From NCBI GenBank assembly GCA_051252375.1, contig JBPOFY010000008.1:64001-128000 (forward strand): 64,000 bases of DNA. Direction: 5' to 3'. This DNA is from Opitutaceae bacterium. GTDB lineage: Bacteria; Verrucomicrobiota; Verrucomicrobiia; Opitutales; Coraliomargaritaceae. The position numbers and the translations under genes are program-made. The notes under the pieces were generated by a model. It was not told the DNA's origin. It made no database searches and saw only the letters and a list, made by a program, of their open reading frames with translations. Positions 35,677 through 47,183 of this stretch are shown piece after piece (the stretch's first letter is position 1; every line of letters starts with the position of its first letter).

Positions 35677-35764
35677 AAGAAAAGACGTTCAAATAAAAGA
35701 AAAAATTCTTTTCCTGAACTTGACAAGAATGACCTTCCCCCCTTCCATCCTGCGCTTCTAAAGA

Positions 35765-35840
35765 GGGCCGTTAGCTCAATCGGTAGAGCAGTTGACTTTT
35801 AATCAATTGGTTCGGGGTTCAAGTCCCCGACGGCCTACCA
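35765..35840 (+). tRNA. tRNA-Lys(TTT)
   Basis: GGGCCGT acceptor, anticodon arm GTTGA-CT-TTT-AA-TCAAT, GGTTCAAG T-loop, encoded CCA. Confidence 0.97.
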
Positions 35841-35846
35841 CTTTTA

Positions 35847-35881
35847 GAAAGCCCGTGGATTTTGAATCTGCGGGCTTTTTT
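35847..35881. terminator. Terminator hairpin after tRNA-Lys (probably bidirectional)
   Basis: AAAGCCCGTGGATT...AATCTGCGGGCTTTTTT. Confidence 0.8.
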
Positions 35882-35885
35882 GCGA

Positions 35886-37088
35886 TTACTGTCCCGCCGC
35901 GGCCTCTCCAGCCACGGTGCCGGTCGCAAAGCAACCTTGGATCAGAAAGCCACCGGTAGGCGCCTCCCAGTCGATCATTTCACCAGCACAATACACGCCC
36001 GGTAGTTCGCGAATCATTAATTGTGTATCCAGCGCTGACCAAGGCACACCGCCACTACTTGAGATCGCTTCCTCAATCGGACGCGCGCCCTTTAACGGTA
36101 TGCGACAGGCCTTGGCTGCCAATGCAAGGGCTTCAGCAGAATTAAACTCACCGTAATACTGCCGCAGAATAGCACACATCGGTTCAGTCAATTTCCAGCG
36201 CAAGCGCGCCTCTTTATAAAAGTCACGCCTCGCGGACTCCATTTTATTCACCATATGCTCAACAGTGAACATCGGTTTAAAATCAATCACGATCTCTGGC
36301 GTCTCCATTGCGCGCAACACGCGACCCAATTGATAGATAGGCGCTCCCTCAAAACCATACCGAGTCACCATGAGCTCACCGTTCAATGCGACATCACCCG
36401 CGGAAATCTTCAAGTGATGCAACGGTTGCCCCTCTGCAATCTCCCGCGTGGCATCGGTCCACTCACACTCCCACCCGCAGTTGGCTGCCTGCAACGGATG
36501 GATTGGCACACCCAATGCCTCAACAACATCAGACCATCCACCGTCGGATCCGGTTTGCGGCCAAGAGCCGCCGCCCAAAGCCAGCACCACCGCATCGTGA
36601 GTTCGTGTCACACTTTGCTCCCGCACATTAAAATCGAGTTCGATTTGATCAGACTGACGTCGTAAGCCACACCAGCGATGATTCATAGCGAAGGTCACAT
36701 CCAAGGATTTCAACTTCATGACCCAACGTCGCAACAAAGGCGCCGCTTTTTTAAACTCCGGAAAGACTTTTCCGCCGGAAGCAACAAAGGTCTTAACTCC
36801 GAGATCTGCAGCCCATTTCCTCAAGGCCACATTATCAAACTGCTCCAGTATCTGTGCCCAACGCTCCACAGGTAAATCCGCCCCAGAGTATTTCGACAAA
36901 AACACATCCTTCGCCCCATCATTGGTCAAATTAAGCCCACTCTTTCCCGCCACCAAAAACTTACGACCGACGGAAGGCTTATGATCATAAAGCGTCACCT
37001 GCGCGCCACTGATCGCGGCGACTTCAGCCGCCCGCATACCTGCAGGACCACCACCGATCACAGCAACAGATCTAGTTCGCGTCATCAT
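35886..37088 (-). CDS. HI0933/BaiN-like FAD-dependent oxidoreductase
   Basis: [42 protein letters not shown]. Confidence 0.9.
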   Translation of the reverse strand: MMTRTRSVAVIGGGPAGMRAAEVAAISGAQVTLYDHKPSVGRKFLVAGKSGLNLTNDGAKDVFLSKYSGADLPVERWAQILEQFDNVALRKWAADLGVKTFVASGGKVFPEFKKAAPLLRRWVMKLKSLDVTFAMNHRWCGLRRQSDQIELDFNVREQSVTRTHDAVVLALGGGSWPQTGSDGGWSDVVEALGVPIHPLQAANCGWECEWTDATREIAEGQPLHHLKISAGDVALNGELMVTRYGFEGAPIYQLGRVLRAMETPEIVIDFKPMFTVEHMVNKMESARRDFYKEARLRWKLTEPMCAILRQYYGEFNSAEALALAAKACRIPLKGARPIEEAISSSGGVPWSALDTQLMIRELPGVYCAGEMIDWEAPTGGFLIQGCFATGTVAGEAAAGQ

Positions 37089-37119
37089 GACTGTTCAAAA
37101 ATCACCACCGAGCACATGC

Positions 37120-37848
37120 CTATTTCGGCATAGTAAAATAAAAACTCAACAAGCCAGGATTCGCGATAATGCTCTCGATCTTCACCGAGGAAACCACCGA
37201 AGCGCCAACTCGATTCTCGATCTCAAAAGCGAACGGATAGCCCTGGACCTCTCGATAATCACGGTAGTAAGTGCTTAAAATCACTTCATCTTGATCATTC
37301 AATAACTCCCGCTTCAAAACATGCGGTTCTTGAAAATGCAGATAGTAACGAGAACGCTGACCATTTGACTCCTCCACAAAATAAACAAATACGTTTTGCT
37401 CTTCCATGGTATCACGTCCGACCATCTCGACGTCAGTGTAACGATTCTGTAAGTGATGAAACAGCGGACTATCAAAAGTAGCTTCAGCCTTTACTACTTT
37501 TAATTCTTCCTTTGTCAGCAAGCGAGTCGTCACATCTGGACCATCATGAATCTGCATCCAACCAACCCTTCCATCATAGCCAGTGGTCACACTATTTTCT
37601 CCGGAGCTCAAACGATAACGAATCGCACGCGGTCGCTTCTTGCGCAGCAAAAACTCATAGGCATTCCCATCTTGAGTTTGCGTCCCTTCGATACTGATCG
37701 AAGTCAGAGCTGTTGCATCACGCCCACCACCATACGCCTCGGTGTAACGCTGAAGCGCACGCTGCATCACATATGAATCCGTTTGCGCCGACAGCATCCC
37801 CGCAAACGAGGTGAAGACAAAAATCCAACTAATACAGTGAATGCGCAT
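37120..37848 (-). CDS. Secreted LolA-like / lipoprotein-sorting-fold hypothetical protein
   Basis: Signal peptide from ATG 37848; AYGG..L, GYDGRVGW, YRDYREVQGYPFAF. Confidence 0.6.
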   Translation of the reverse strand: MRIHCISWIFVFTSFAGMLSAQTDSYVMQRALQRYTEAYGGGRDATALTSISIEGTQTQDGNAYEFLLRKKRPRAIRYRLSSGENSVTTGYDGRVGWMQIHDGPDVTTRLLTKEELKVVKAEATFDSPLFHHLQNRYTDVEMVGRDTMEEQNVFVYFVEESNGQRSRYYLHFQEPHVLKRELLNDQDEVILSTYYRDYREVQGYPFAFEIENRVGASVVSSVKIESIIANPGLLSFYFTMPK

Positions 37849-37945
37849 ATCGCAGAATATCTTCATTTCATTTGAAACTAGCAAGCACAGTAGCGAACAT
37901 ATTAATGCATACATACAATCACCCTTGCCCGACACTCCATCGCAC

Positions 37946-38989
37946 ATGCCACTGACCACAAAAACCAAAACCTTTCAGCGTTTACTAGCTGATTGGTATG
38001 TGACAGCTCAGCGACCGCTCCCATGGCGCACGAAGCCCTCGATCTATCGCACGGTTGTCTCGGAGTTAATGGCACAACAGACACAGATAAAAACCATGCT
38101 GCCCTATTTCGAGCGATGGATGCAGCGCTTTCCTGACTTCAAAGCACTGGCAGATGCCAGCAGCGAGGACGTGCTCAAGCACTGGGAAGGTCTCGGCTAT
38201 TACAGCCGAGCACGCAACCTACACAAACTCGCAAAGGAATACATTGCGTTGGAAAAGAAACCCAACTCCGCCGCTGAATGGCAAACTCTACCGGGCATCG
38301 GCCCCTACACCTCGGCAGCCATCAGCTCAATCGCTCAAGGTCAACCCGCCGCGGTGGTCGATGGCAACGTCGTCCGTATACTCGCACGACTGACCAATGA
38401 CAAAAGAAGTTTTAAAAGCAACGGCGACGCAGTCAAAGCCTTCACCCCTCTCGCAGATCAAGTGCTCAACCGCAAACAGCCCGGCGAGCACAATCAAGCC
38501 ATGATGGAACTGGGCGCGACCATCTGCCTAAAGCATAATCCACTCTGCACCACCTGTCCGGTTGTCGAGTTTTGCAAGGGTTCCGCCAACGGCAGCCCAG
38601 AAACGATTCCAAAAATTCAGCGCAAAGCCACGGTCCAAGTAGAAGTCGATCGCTTCTGGATAACGGATCAGAACAAAGTGCTACTCCACCTAAACTCGCT
38701 CGATTCCAAACAGCTCGCCGGACAATACGAGCTCCCGAATCACGACCACCTCGGACTACCACGCCCCGCCGACAAGCCCTTGATGACTAAAATGCGCTCG
38801 ATCACGCACCATCGGATCAAAGAGCGCATACACCTCCTTCATGCAAACACAGCCCTGATCAAGCACATCGAGCAAGCCCCCACCTTATTCTGGGTGCCCG
38901 AGGATGCCCTCCATAGTATAACACTTTCAGGACCGCATCGCCGCTGGCTACCCGAAATCGTCATCAAATCACCATCCAGCACGACCTAA
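37946..38989 (+). CDS. mutY: A/G-specific adenine glycosylase
   Basis: VSELMAQQT, GLGYYSRARNL, HhH LPGIGPYT, VDGNV, 4Fe-4S C-x6-C-x2-C-x5-C. Confidence 0.95.
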   Translation: MPLTTKTKTFQRLLADWYVTAQRPLPWRTKPSIYRTVVSELMAQQTQIKTMLPYFERWMQRFPDFKALADASSEDVLKHWEGLGYYSRARNLHKLAKEYIALEKKPNSAAEWQTLPGIGPYTSAAISSIAQGQPAAVVDGNVVRILARLTNDKRSFKSNGDAVKAFTPLADQVLNRKQPGEHNQAMMELGATICLKHNPLCTTCPVVEFCKGSANGSPETIPKIQRKATVQVEVDRFWITDQNKVLLHLNSLDSKQLAGQYELPNHDHLGLPRPADKPLMTKMRSITHHRIKERIHLLHANTALIKHIEQAPTLFWVPEDALHSITLSGPHRRWLPEIVIKSPSSTT

Positions 38990-39127
38990 ATACAATTAGG
39001 GAACTAAGGTTGAGAGTTGCTTGTCTCCAGCAGTTCGTCGATATTGCCCCCAATTGAAACAAGTCCCCTACTTTCAACGCTTCACATATTCAACTTTCGA
39101 TATTTTTAGCGTTTCAGCATTAAGAAC

Positions 39128-40831
39128 ATGAATCTCAGCAGCCTCTACAGCGACCTCAGCGAAGAACAGATCGAATTGATCCAAGCACTTCCGCGCTCTG
39201 AACGACTTTTACAAATCGCCACCATACGTAACGTATCGACCCGTGACATGGTCAACGACGTGGCTGAAAGAGCAGGCATTCCCGTCCTAGAGGAGATCCA
39301 ACTGATTGATAACCCCACCGCGACGCTGCCACTTCGCCTCATCCACGAATACCAATGCGTGCCGGTGCGGACGACCGAGGTCGATTCAGATGCTGACGTC
39401 GCCGAAGAAACTTCACCTAACACGCAGCCCATTCCACTCGTCACTCTCTGGCCACCTGATGCCAAAATGGATCGCTGGATCTACGCCGTCAGTGGGCGCA
39501 AACCGGAATGGCACCTCGGCAACCCCGATCAAGTCATCCACACCATCACCCAACGCTTCGGAGTCGGCTCAGGCAGCCTCGACGAGTCCGACATCGTCAA
39601 CGACGTGGATGATGAGGAAGATGCGGAAGATGAAGATGCAGCCGTCATCCGCTTCGTGAACGAAGTTGTCCACAAAGCCGTGACTGACCGCGCGACCGAC
39701 ATCCATTTCGAGCCACACCGCGACGCTCTACAGATCCGCTACCGCATCGACGGCGAGCTCGTGCCCGTCCGTGTGCCGGACAACTTGATCAAATTCCAAG
39801 GCGCGATCATTTCCCGCCTAAAGATCATGGCGAAGCTCAACATTTCCGAGAAACGCCGCCCACAGGACGGACGTATTTCCTTCGGAGCCGGCGACGGTGA
39901 GCTCGACATTCGTATTTCCACCTTCCCCACCATGTATGGGGAAAGCGTCAGTCTTCGTCTCCTCAACCAGAAGTCGAAACCACTCTCCATGCGCGAGCTC
40001 GGACTCGCACCCGACGAAGAAAAACACGTCGAGCGCCACCTCGCCTCGCCGCACGGCATCATTCTTGTCACTGGTCCAACCGGTTCCGGTAAATCAACCT
40101 CGTTGACCGCGTTCATCCGCCTGATCAACAAGCCCGAGCGCCGCATCATCACTGTTGAAGACCCGGTCGAGTATGAAGTCCCCGGCGTCAACCAAACACA
40201 GGTCCACTCCGAAATCGGACTCACTTTCGCCACTTCGCTGCGTGCCGTCTTACGCCAAGACCCCGACGTCATCATGGTCGGGGAAATTCGTGACCGTGAA
40301 ACTGCCGACATCGCGATCCGCGCCTCGCTTACTGGTCACTTGGTGCTCAGCACCCTGCACACCAACGACGCCCCCGGCGCGCTGACTCGTTTGGTCGATA
40401 TGGACATCGAGCCATTCCTAATCGCGTCCTCCGTCGAGATGATCATCGCACAACGTCTGGTGCGTCGTCTCTGCCCGAACTGCGCACAGCCTGGCAACTT
40501 CGACCCTAAACACGTCGCCAGCTGCCTCGCTGCCATGCGTATCGATCAAAGCGAAGCACAATTTGGGCACCTCGCCAAAAATGCCATCGGCTGTGAGCGT
40601 TGCCGTAAACTCGGTTTCCGCGGTCGTGTCGCTATTTTCGAAATCCTTCGCGTCACAGAAGAGATCCACGAGCACATCGTGAAACGCGACTCTTCACGCC
40701 TCATTCGCCAAACGGCCATCAAACAAGGCATGCGCTCCCTCCAACAAAGCGGCTGGGAACACATCAAGAACGGCAGCACCACCTTCGAAGAAGTCATGCG
40801 CTTCGCCGAGCTCGAAAGCGAAGAAGGGTAA
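39128..40831 (+). CDS. GspE/PilB family secretion ATPase
   Basis: [41 protein letters not shown], two CxxC. Confidence 0.93.
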   Translation: MNLSSLYSDLSEEQIELIQALPRSERLLQIATIRNVSTRDMVNDVAERAGIPVLEEIQLIDNPTATLPLRLIHEYQCVPVRTTEVDSDADVAEETSPNTQPIPLVTLWPPDAKMDRWIYAVSGRKPEWHLGNPDQVIHTITQRFGVGSGSLDESDIVNDVDDEEDAEDEDAAVIRFVNEVVHKAVTDRATDIHFEPHRDALQIRYRIDGELVPVRVPDNLIKFQGAIISRLKIMAKLNISEKRRPQDGRISFGAGDGELDIRISTFPTMYGESVSLRLLNQKSKPLSMRELGLAPDEEKHVERHLASPHGIILVTGPTGSGKSTSLTAFIRLINKPERRIITVEDPVEYEVPGVNQTQVHSEIGLTFATSLRAVLRQDPDVIMVGEIRDRETADIAIRASLTGHLVLSTLHTNDAPGALTRLVDMDIEPFLIASSVEMIIAQRLVRRLCPNCAQPGNFDPKHVASCLAAMRIDQSEAQFGHLAKNAIGCERCRKLGFRGRVAIFEILRVTEEIHEHIVKRDSSRLIRQTAIKQGMRSLQQSGWEHIKNGSTTFEEVMRFAELESEEG

Positions 40832-40832
40832 A

Positions 40833-41132
40833 TTATTCCTCAACTCGAGGCTTCTTCGTTCTGACTCCAGGTGTCGTGATCAGTTCGACATAGCAGGTTT
40901 CGCCACCGTCTTCGAGGACTTGGGCCACCGCTTTCGAGACCTTGGTCACGTGCGTCGATTCCGCGGTTTCAGCAGTCACGCCGACCTTGCAATCAAAATC
41001 CCAAAAGTCCACCCCGTCGGGCAGCTTCTTGCTACGCTCGCGCTTGATGTATTTATTCACATCGCCTTGGATGGATTCCACCAAACGTGCAGGATTGATC
41101 TTCGGGTGGGTCAAAGGAAAGGTCTTCTTCAT
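40833..41132 (-). CDS. DUF6172-like small protein
   Basis: MKKTF...KYIKRERSKKLPDGVDFWDFDCKVG. Confidence 0.7.
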   Translation of the reverse strand: MKKTFPLTHPKINPARLVESIQGDVNKYIKRERSKKLPDGVDFWDFDCKVGVTAETAESTHVTKVSKAVAQVLEDGGETCYVELITTPGVRTKKPRVEE

Positions 41133-41194
41133 AGACCGAAGGAGCGTCTAGGCTTCTTCAGGAAACGCAACTGCGAACCTTTGCAACTGTATGA

Positions 41195-41632
41195 TCAATC
41201 CGCGACCAGAGGATGCCTCCACTTCAAACCTTTGAAGCGAGCGAAATCGCTGTCGGTAGATACCCATTCACAATCATACTCTATCGCGAGTGCAGCATGC
41301 CATGCGTCGGCCACTAATTTACCGGTAGCTGGAAGCTCTTTGCAGAGCGATTGGAAAATCAACCAATTACGTTCCGAGGGACGGAGAATACAGGCTTGTG
41401 GACAGGCGCGCAAATTTTCACAAAAACGCAAAGCGACCTCCACTGGAGTTGGTTGCTTAAAGACACGCGGATTCGTCACAATTCGAACGAAACCACTGAG
41501 CACTGCTTCAGAAAGTCCAAATGCTTCCACCCCGGTGGCCAACTCTGTCATCCAAGCAGCATAAGCTTTATGCTCAGCAATGGCATCTGGTCGATGCGCG
41601 TAGATCAACACGTTCACATCGCAGAGTTTCAT
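41195..41632 (-). CDS. vapC: VapC PIN-domain toxin
   Basis: DVNVLIYA, GFVRIVTNPR, DAWHAALAIE, TDSDFARF. Confidence 0.92.
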   Translation of the reverse strand: MKLCDVNVLIYAHRPDAIAEHKAYAAWMTELATGVEAFGLSEAVLSGFVRIVTNPRVFKQPTPVEVALRFCENLRACPQACILRPSERNWLIFQSLCKELPATGKLVADAWHAALAIEYDCEWVSTDSDFARFKGLKWRHPLVAD

Positions 41633-41877
41633 TGCCCGTAGATTCCTTCGTCTTCTGCTGCCAGTAAATCACTTGGTCTGTCCAAGTTCACTCCAGTCTG
41701 CAGACCACCTTCTCCAAAAGTAATCAGCTCAAAAGACGCCGCAGTAGATGCCCTCTCACTGCGTAAGGCCGCACGACCAGCATCTGCAAGAAAAGCACTG
41801 AGGCTCAAGCCCTTACGCTTAGCAGTGGAGCGAAGATTCTCCGCTAACTCATCATCCAGTATGATACTAGTCCTCAT
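41629..41877 (-). CDS. VapB-type RHH antitoxin
   Basis: MRTSIILDDEL RHH start; ATGA overlap with vapC. Confidence 0.85.
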   Translation of the reverse strand: MRTSIILDDELAENLRSTAKRKGLSLSAFLADAGRAALRSERASTAASFELITFGEGGLQTGVNLDRPSDLLAAEDEGIYGQ

Positions 41878-41878
41878 A

Positions 41879-41895
41879 AGTAATACCGTATTACT
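41879..41895. promoter_or_regulatory. Inverted repeat overlapping the vapBC promoter (probable autorepression operator)
   Basis: AGTAATAC-c-GTATTACT; TTGACA on minus strand at 41912-41907. Confidence 0.65.
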
Positions 41896-42001
41896 ATCTC
41901 AGCCAATGTCAAGATCGTCCTATTCGATGAGAGTCTATCATGTGCCTCGCGCCCACTGAATCAGGCTTGCGAACACCCGCTAGTCGATACTGTTTAGAGG
42001 C

Positions 42002-42865
42002 ATGAAACTCACTGCCGTTGTTTATCTACAAACTGGACTTGCTGATGCGGCAGCGGAATTGGCTGCGCAGTTTGGAGTGCCATGCGTGGATGGGGTGCAT
42101 TTAAACGGCGCCAAGACAAAATATTTACAGGCATTCCTCACTGAGCTTACAGGGGATGCCACGGACGCGAGTGCATTCGTCATGGATGCAGAGGGGTTAC
42201 AACTGTATGCGCTCGGGGCTAACTACGGCGTGGCGATTGCGGCTGATTTCTGTGGGCCAACTGTGACGTATCGTCGCAAACTCGGCGGCGGCAAAGGGCA
42301 AATGATTGCCAAAGCGGTCGGTCTTCGCTCGGGGGTATCTCCACGGGTGCTGGATGCCACCGCTGGCTTGGGCGGCGATGCATTTGTTCTAGCGAGCCTC
42401 GGGTGCCAAGTAACCATGCTGGAGCGTGCGCCCGAAGTGCGGGCTTTGTTATCCGCTGGCTTGGACCAAGCTAGAAATTTTGCGCAGCGTGAAGATGCCG
42501 AACTGGGCGACATCCTGGAGCGAATGCAATTAGTGCACGCCGACTCTCACGAATATTTAAAAAACATAGAGGTCTCGGATCGTCCGGATGTGATTTACCT
42601 CGATCCGATGTTTCCAGAGCGGACCAAAGGAGCGATGGTCAAAAAGGAGATGCGGGTCTTTCATGATCTAGTTGGAGCGGACCTTGATGCAGATGGCTTG
42701 CTCGACCTCGCGATGGCTCAAGCGCGCTACCGTGTAGTGGTGAAACGCCCACGAATTGCGCCAACTCTAGGCGATTCAAAGCCGAACCACGTGCTGGAAG
42801 GCAAAAGCAACCGCTACGACATCTACACGATTGCGAAGATGCCGGATGATTTAGGGCGCAAATAG
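42002..42865 (+). CDS. rsmJ: 16S rRNA m2G1516 methyltransferase
   Basis: [33 protein letters not shown]. Confidence 0.9.
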   Translation: MKLTAVVYLQTGLADAAAELAAQFGVPCVDGVHLNGAKTKYLQAFLTELTGDATDASAFVMDAEGLQLYALGANYGVAIAADFCGPTVTYRRKLGGGKGQMIAKAVGLRSGVSPRVLDATAGLGGDAFVLASLGCQVTMLERAPEVRALLSAGLDQARNFAQREDAELGDILERMQLVHADSHEYLKNIEVSDRPDVIYLDPMFPERTKGAMVKKEMRVFHDLVGADLDADGLLDLAMAQARYRVVVKRPRIAPTLGDSKPNHVLEGKSNRYDIYTIAKMPDDLGRK

Positions 42866-42920
42866 TAAAATTTTGGCAACGGGCTTTGACCTTCGTGGGA
42901 AAATAGTGCGGATTCCTGCT

Positions 42921-44036
42921 ATGGAACCAAACTACACGAAACTGGCCGGCGTATTGACCGGGTTTTCTACCAATTTACAAAAGGGCGAGCGCGTCCTAAT
43001 CGATGCCTTTGATATCCCCGAAGCGATGGTCGTCGCACTGGTCCGTGCCGCCCGCGAGCGAGGCGCTGTCCCCTTCGTCAATATTCAGCGCGCCCGCGTC
43101 AGCCGCGAGCTGATGAACGACATCGACGCGGAGCAATTTGAAACGCAGGCGATTTGGGAGCTCGCTCGTATGCAAAAGATGGACGCCTACATCGCGGTGC
43201 GTGGTTCGGATAATATTTTTGAAATGTCGGACGTCGACCCCGCCAAAGTCAGCCGCGTAATGAAGGCGATGAAGGAAGTGCTCGACTACCGAGTAAACAA
43301 AACCAAATGGGTGATCCTTCGCTGGCCGACTCCTGCGATGGCGCAGCAAGCCATGATGAGCACCGAAAGTTTCGAAGACTTCTTCTTCCGCGTTTGCACG
43401 CAAGACTATGCGCGCATGACTGCAGGCATGAACGCACTTGAATCCTTGATGTCGAAAACAGATGTAGTCGAATTGAAGGGACCTGAAACCAACCTTCGCT
43501 TTTCTATTAAAGGCATCGGCGCAGTTTCCTGTGGCGGCACGCATAACATCCCCGACGGCGAAGTCTTCTCCTGCCCGGTCAAGGACTCGGTCGAAGGCGA
43601 GATCACTTACAATGCGCCGACAGTCTATCAAGGGGTGTCCTTTGATCGCATCCACCTCAAATTCGAGAAGGGTAAAATCGTGCATGCGGAAAGTTCCAAT
43701 ACCGCGCGCCTGAACGACATTCTTAATTCCGATCCTGGCGCCCGGTATATCGGTGAGTTCGCGATTGGGTTCAACCCACACATTCTCGAGCCGATGCGCG
43801 ACATTCTCTTTGATGAAAAGATCGCGGGCTCCTTCCACTTCACTCCTGGTCAAGCCTACGAAGAAGCGGATAATGGTAATCGCTCACAAGTCCACTGGGA
43901 CATGGTGCAAATCCAGCGTCCAGAATATGGCGGCGGCGAAATTTGGTTCGATGGTGAGTTGATCCGTAAGGACGGACTCTTCTTGAAAGGCGATTTAAAG
44001 AAGCTGAATCCGGACTATCTTCTGGGCGGTGAATAA
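42921..44036 (+). CDS. M29 family aminopeptidase (AmpS/PepS type)
   Basis: [36 protein letters not shown]. Confidence 0.92.
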   Translation: MEPNYTKLAGVLTGFSTNLQKGERVLIDAFDIPEAMVVALVRAARERGAVPFVNIQRARVSRELMNDIDAEQFETQAIWELARMQKMDAYIAVRGSDNIFEMSDVDPAKVSRVMKAMKEVLDYRVNKTKWVILRWPTPAMAQQAMMSTESFEDFFFRVCTQDYARMTAGMNALESLMSKTDVVELKGPETNLRFSIKGIGAVSCGGTHNIPDGEVFSCPVKDSVEGEITYNAPTVYQGVSFDRIHLKFEKGKIVHAESSNTARLNDILNSDPGARYIGEFAIGFNPHILEPMRDILFDEKIAGSFHFTPGQAYEEADNGNRSQVHWDMVQIQRPEYGGGEIWFDGELIRKDGLFLKGDLKKLNPDYLLGGE

Positions 44037-45192
44037 GGCGGGCGAGTCTGCGGTGGATCCGGTGTTGAGCGTGTATTGTCACGTCCCGTTCTGCGCATCG
44101 ACCTGCGACTTTTGCGCCTTCTATCAAGAGAAGCCACGCCGTGGCGACCTTGACCGCTATCTCGCGGCGATGGATGCCGAGTTTACCCTGCTACCCAAAG
44201 ATCGCGTGGTGGACACCGTCTTTTGGGGTGGTGGCACGCCGGGCTTGTTGGCAGCGAAAGACTTGGAGCGCCTCGGTCGTTCGTTACTCGACAACTTGAA
44301 ACAACCGCCCAGCGAGTGGACAATCGAAATGGCTCCCTCCACAGTGAAGGAGGACAAGCTCGCCGTTCTACGTGACCTCGGCGTGACCCGCATCTCAATG
44401 GGAGTGCAGAGCTTTCACCCGGAATTATTAGAATCACTAGGACGCCTACATCGCCCAAATCAAATCTACACCGCTTGGGAACGCGTGCAGGCAGCCGGCT
44501 TCCCTCAGACGAATCTCGATCTGATGTTCGCCATCCCGAATCAGTCCATAGAACAATGGGAGGCAGATATTCGCGAAGCCGCGCGACTCGGTCCGACGCA
44601 TTTATCGACCTATTGCCTGACTTTCGAAGAAGACACCGCGCTTTATGTTAAATTATCGCAAGGCAAGGTATCGATCGACGAAGAGCGCGAGCTGCAGTTC
44701 TACGAGCGCGGCTGGGAGCTTTTAGCAGAGCTTGGTTATGCACAATACGAGGTATCTAATTTCGCTAAGCCTGATGCAGCATGTATCCACAACGTCAATA
44801 CCTGGCGCATGCAGGAATGGATCGGCTGCGGTCCCTCGGCTGCCAGTCAGTATGCCGGGCAGCGCTATCAACGCCCGTCTAACTTAGACGAGTGGGCGAA
44901 AGGAATGGAAGCAGGCGCGCCACCAAAAACAGAGTGCGTCGACCTAGATGCCTCGATCCTGCTGACTGATGCCTTGGTCTTCGGCCTGCGAATGAATGCT
45001 GGCTGCGATTTGGATCTGATTGCTAAGCAGTTTCCCGCGCCTGATGTATTGGCTCAGTTGGAGCCGCTGCTAAGTCGCTTGGCACGTGAAGGTTTAGCCG
45101 AACGCGAAGGCTCAAAAATACGACTCACACATGAAGGTCGATTGCTGTGTGATGCCATCGGCAGCTCCATACTCGAAACGATCGCGGATTAA
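44029..45192 (+). CDS. hemW: Radical SAM heme chaperone HemW
   Basis: [34 protein letters not shown]. Confidence 0.85.
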   Translation: MNKAGESAVDPVLSVYCHVPFCASTCDFCAFYQEKPRRGDLDRYLAAMDAEFTLLPKDRVVDTVFWGGGTPGLLAAKDLERLGRSLLDNLKQPPSEWTIEMAPSTVKEDKLAVLRDLGVTRISMGVQSFHPELLESLGRLHRPNQIYTAWERVQAAGFPQTNLDLMFAIPNQSIEQWEADIREAARLGPTHLSTYCLTFEEDTALYVKLSQGKVSIDEERELQFYERGWELLAELGYAQYEVSNFAKPDAACIHNVNTWRMQEWIGCGPSAASQYAGQRYQRPSNLDEWAKGMEAGAPPKTECVDLDASILLTDALVFGLRMNAGCDLDLIAKQFPAPDVLAQLEPLLSRLAREGLAEREGSKIRLTHEGRLLCDAIGSSILETIAD

Positions 45193-45193
45193 C

Positions 45194-45679
45194 ATGGGCA
45201 CGTCTCGATACCTTTTGATTGATGCATACAATGTGATTTGCGCGACCGATCATTTACGAGAGACCCTAAACGAAAATATGGATGCCGCGAGAGATCGGCT
45301 CGCTGAAATCGTCGCCTCGATTCACGACGCTGAAGGTGTGCGGGTGGCCTTGATTTTGGACAGCCGTAATGATCGCCTCGAAGTGGAGCACCCATTCAAG
45401 AAAGACACATTTGAATATTTATATGCACCCGCAGCACTCACTGCGGACGGCGTGATTGAGCGCATATTAAAACGAGTCAAGAATCCCGGCGATGTCAGCG
45501 TGGTTAGCAACGACAACATGGTGCGAGAAGCCACTCGATCAAGTGGAGCCATGGCTTTGCGACCAGAGGAACTGTTCGAATGGGCCAGCGCCTGCGAGGC
45601 GCGTTTGCTGCAAGACGCAGCCCGCCGCCGGAACGAGAACAGTAAAGATTGGCGTAATGGGCTCGATATCGAGCTGTAA
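45194..45679 (+). CDS. NYN-domain (YacP/Rae1-like) RNase
   Basis: LLIDAYNVI, TADGVIER, VVSND. Confidence 0.8.
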   Translation: MGTSRYLLIDAYNVICATDHLRETLNENMDAARDRLAEIVASIHDAEGVRVALILDSRNDRLEVEHPFKKDTFEYLYAPAALTADGVIERILKRVKNPGDVSVVSNDNMVREATRSSGAMALRPEELFEWASACEARLLQDAARRRNENSKDWRNGLDIEL

Positions 45680-45688
45680 CAATTGCAC

Positions 45689-47107
45689 TCAATCCGCCGA
45701 CACTAAACGCACGACTTTATCCGGTCCGTTCAGGACAACATAAAGATGACCGTCAGGACCGCTAGCGACGTCGCGCACACGCCCAGCATCTTTCAAAATA
45801 ATCTCATCTTTAACAACCTGCCCGTCCTCGATGATCAGGCGGTGCAATTCTTGCGAAGCGAGGCCTCCGGCAAAAAGGTTATACTTCCAGTCGGGGAAGA
45901 CCTCACCTTCGTAGAAATCAATGCCACAGACCGCAATCGATGGCGTCCAATAATGCTTCGGTTGCTCCATGCCCTCCTTGGCAGTGATTCCAGTGATCGG
46001 CTTGCCGTTGTAATTCATGCCATAAGTAATCACCGGCCAACCATAGTTTCTACCTGCCTGTATCACATTGATTTCATCACCTCCACGCGGGCCATGCTCG
46101 GACTCCCAAATTTCACCAGTGCTCGGATGTAGATCCAAGCCCTGTGGGTTCCGGTTCCCATAAGTCCAAATAGACGGATAAGCGTCAGGCTCGTTCGTAA
46201 ATGGATTATCCTTCGGCACACGCCCGTCATCGTGTATGCGGTGGATCTTACCATTCGGCACACTCAGGTCCTGAGCCATGTCTTGCGCACCACGGTCTCC
46301 GATCCCGAAAAACAGAAAACCATCTTTAAATACTAGACGCGTTCCAAAATGAACCCCGGCGGAGCGATGAAACTTCGCAGGCACTTCAAAAACGACCTCC
46401 TCATCCATCCACTGATTATCGATGATTCGCCCGCGCACGATCTTCGTCATGCCAGCCTTCTTACCGCCCTGCTCTCCACCGGATTCAGAAAAGGCTAAAT
46501 AGACCCACGCATTGTGCTGGTAGTCAGGATGCGCAGCCACTTCAAGCAAACCGCCCTGCCCGTTCGCCCAGACTTTCGGTGTGCCTTCAATTGGCGCTTT
46601 CAATTCACCGTCCTTAAACATCCGAAGGCTACCATCACGCTCAGTGATTAAAACGCCGTTTGTTGGTAAAAAGGCAATCGACCATGGCTTAGACAGACCG
46701 TCGACGACGGTTTCTAATTTAAAGGAGTATCCGCCAGCCGAATACACGCCGTCCACCTCAGCAACAAGGGGACCTTTTGCGCGCTCACTTTTTTGACGCA
46801 TTTCATCGATATAAATCTCGAGGGATCGTATCTGGGCATCTGTTAGGGCACCCTCATAAGCTGGCATCCCCATTTGCAGGTTCCCCTCTTTCACATATTC
46901 AAGAAAGCTCTTTCCCTTGCCCACATACTTCCACGCAGGGTCATTGAGCAAAGAAGTGCCCAGACCACCAGTGAGTTCGGCACCATGACAGCTGGCACAT
47001 ACACTGGTGTAGAGTTCACTCACCGCACCCGTGCCGATTCGGTTCTGCCCGAATAAGGAACTAGAAGTGATCACAAACAAGAGATAGAGGAAGGTAGACA
47101 GGCGCAT
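45689..47107 (-). CDS. PQQ-dependent sugar dehydrogenase (GSDH) with N-terminal cytochrome c
   Basis: CASCHG heme motif; [30 protein letters not shown]. Confidence 0.9.
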   Translation of the reverse strand: MRLSTFLYLLFVITSSSLFGQNRIGTGAVSELYTSVCASCHGAELTGGLGTSLLNDPAWKYVGKGKSFLEYVKEGNLQMGMPAYEGALTDAQIRSLEIYIDEMRQKSERAKGPLVAEVDGVYSAGGYSFKLETVVDGLSKPWSIAFLPTNGVLITERDGSLRMFKDGELKAPIEGTPKVWANGQGGLLEVAAHPDYQHNAWVYLAFSESGGEQGGKKAGMTKIVRGRIIDNQWMDEEVVFEVPAKFHRSAGVHFGTRLVFKDGFLFFGIGDRGAQDMAQDLSVPNGKIHRIHDDGRVPKDNPFTNEPDAYPSIWTYGNRNPQGLDLHPSTGEIWESEHGPRGGDEINVIQAGRNYGWPVITYGMNYNGKPITGITAKEGMEQPKHYWTPSIAVCGIDFYEGEVFPDWKYNLFAGGLASQELHRLIIEDGQVVKDEIILKDAGRVRDVASGPDGHLYVVLNGPDKVVRLVSAD

Positions 47108-47183
47108 GACGTGTAAATTGGCAGTTTTTACTAAACATGCAAAAAGATTGCGGCATTGAATAAAGGCGATTCAATTCAAGCCC

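Noticed and set aside
35765..35900. Genomic island at tRNA-Lys (or at tRNA-Arg, 59232)
   Set aside because: No integrase and no duplicated tRNA 3' end seen; neighbours look like core genes
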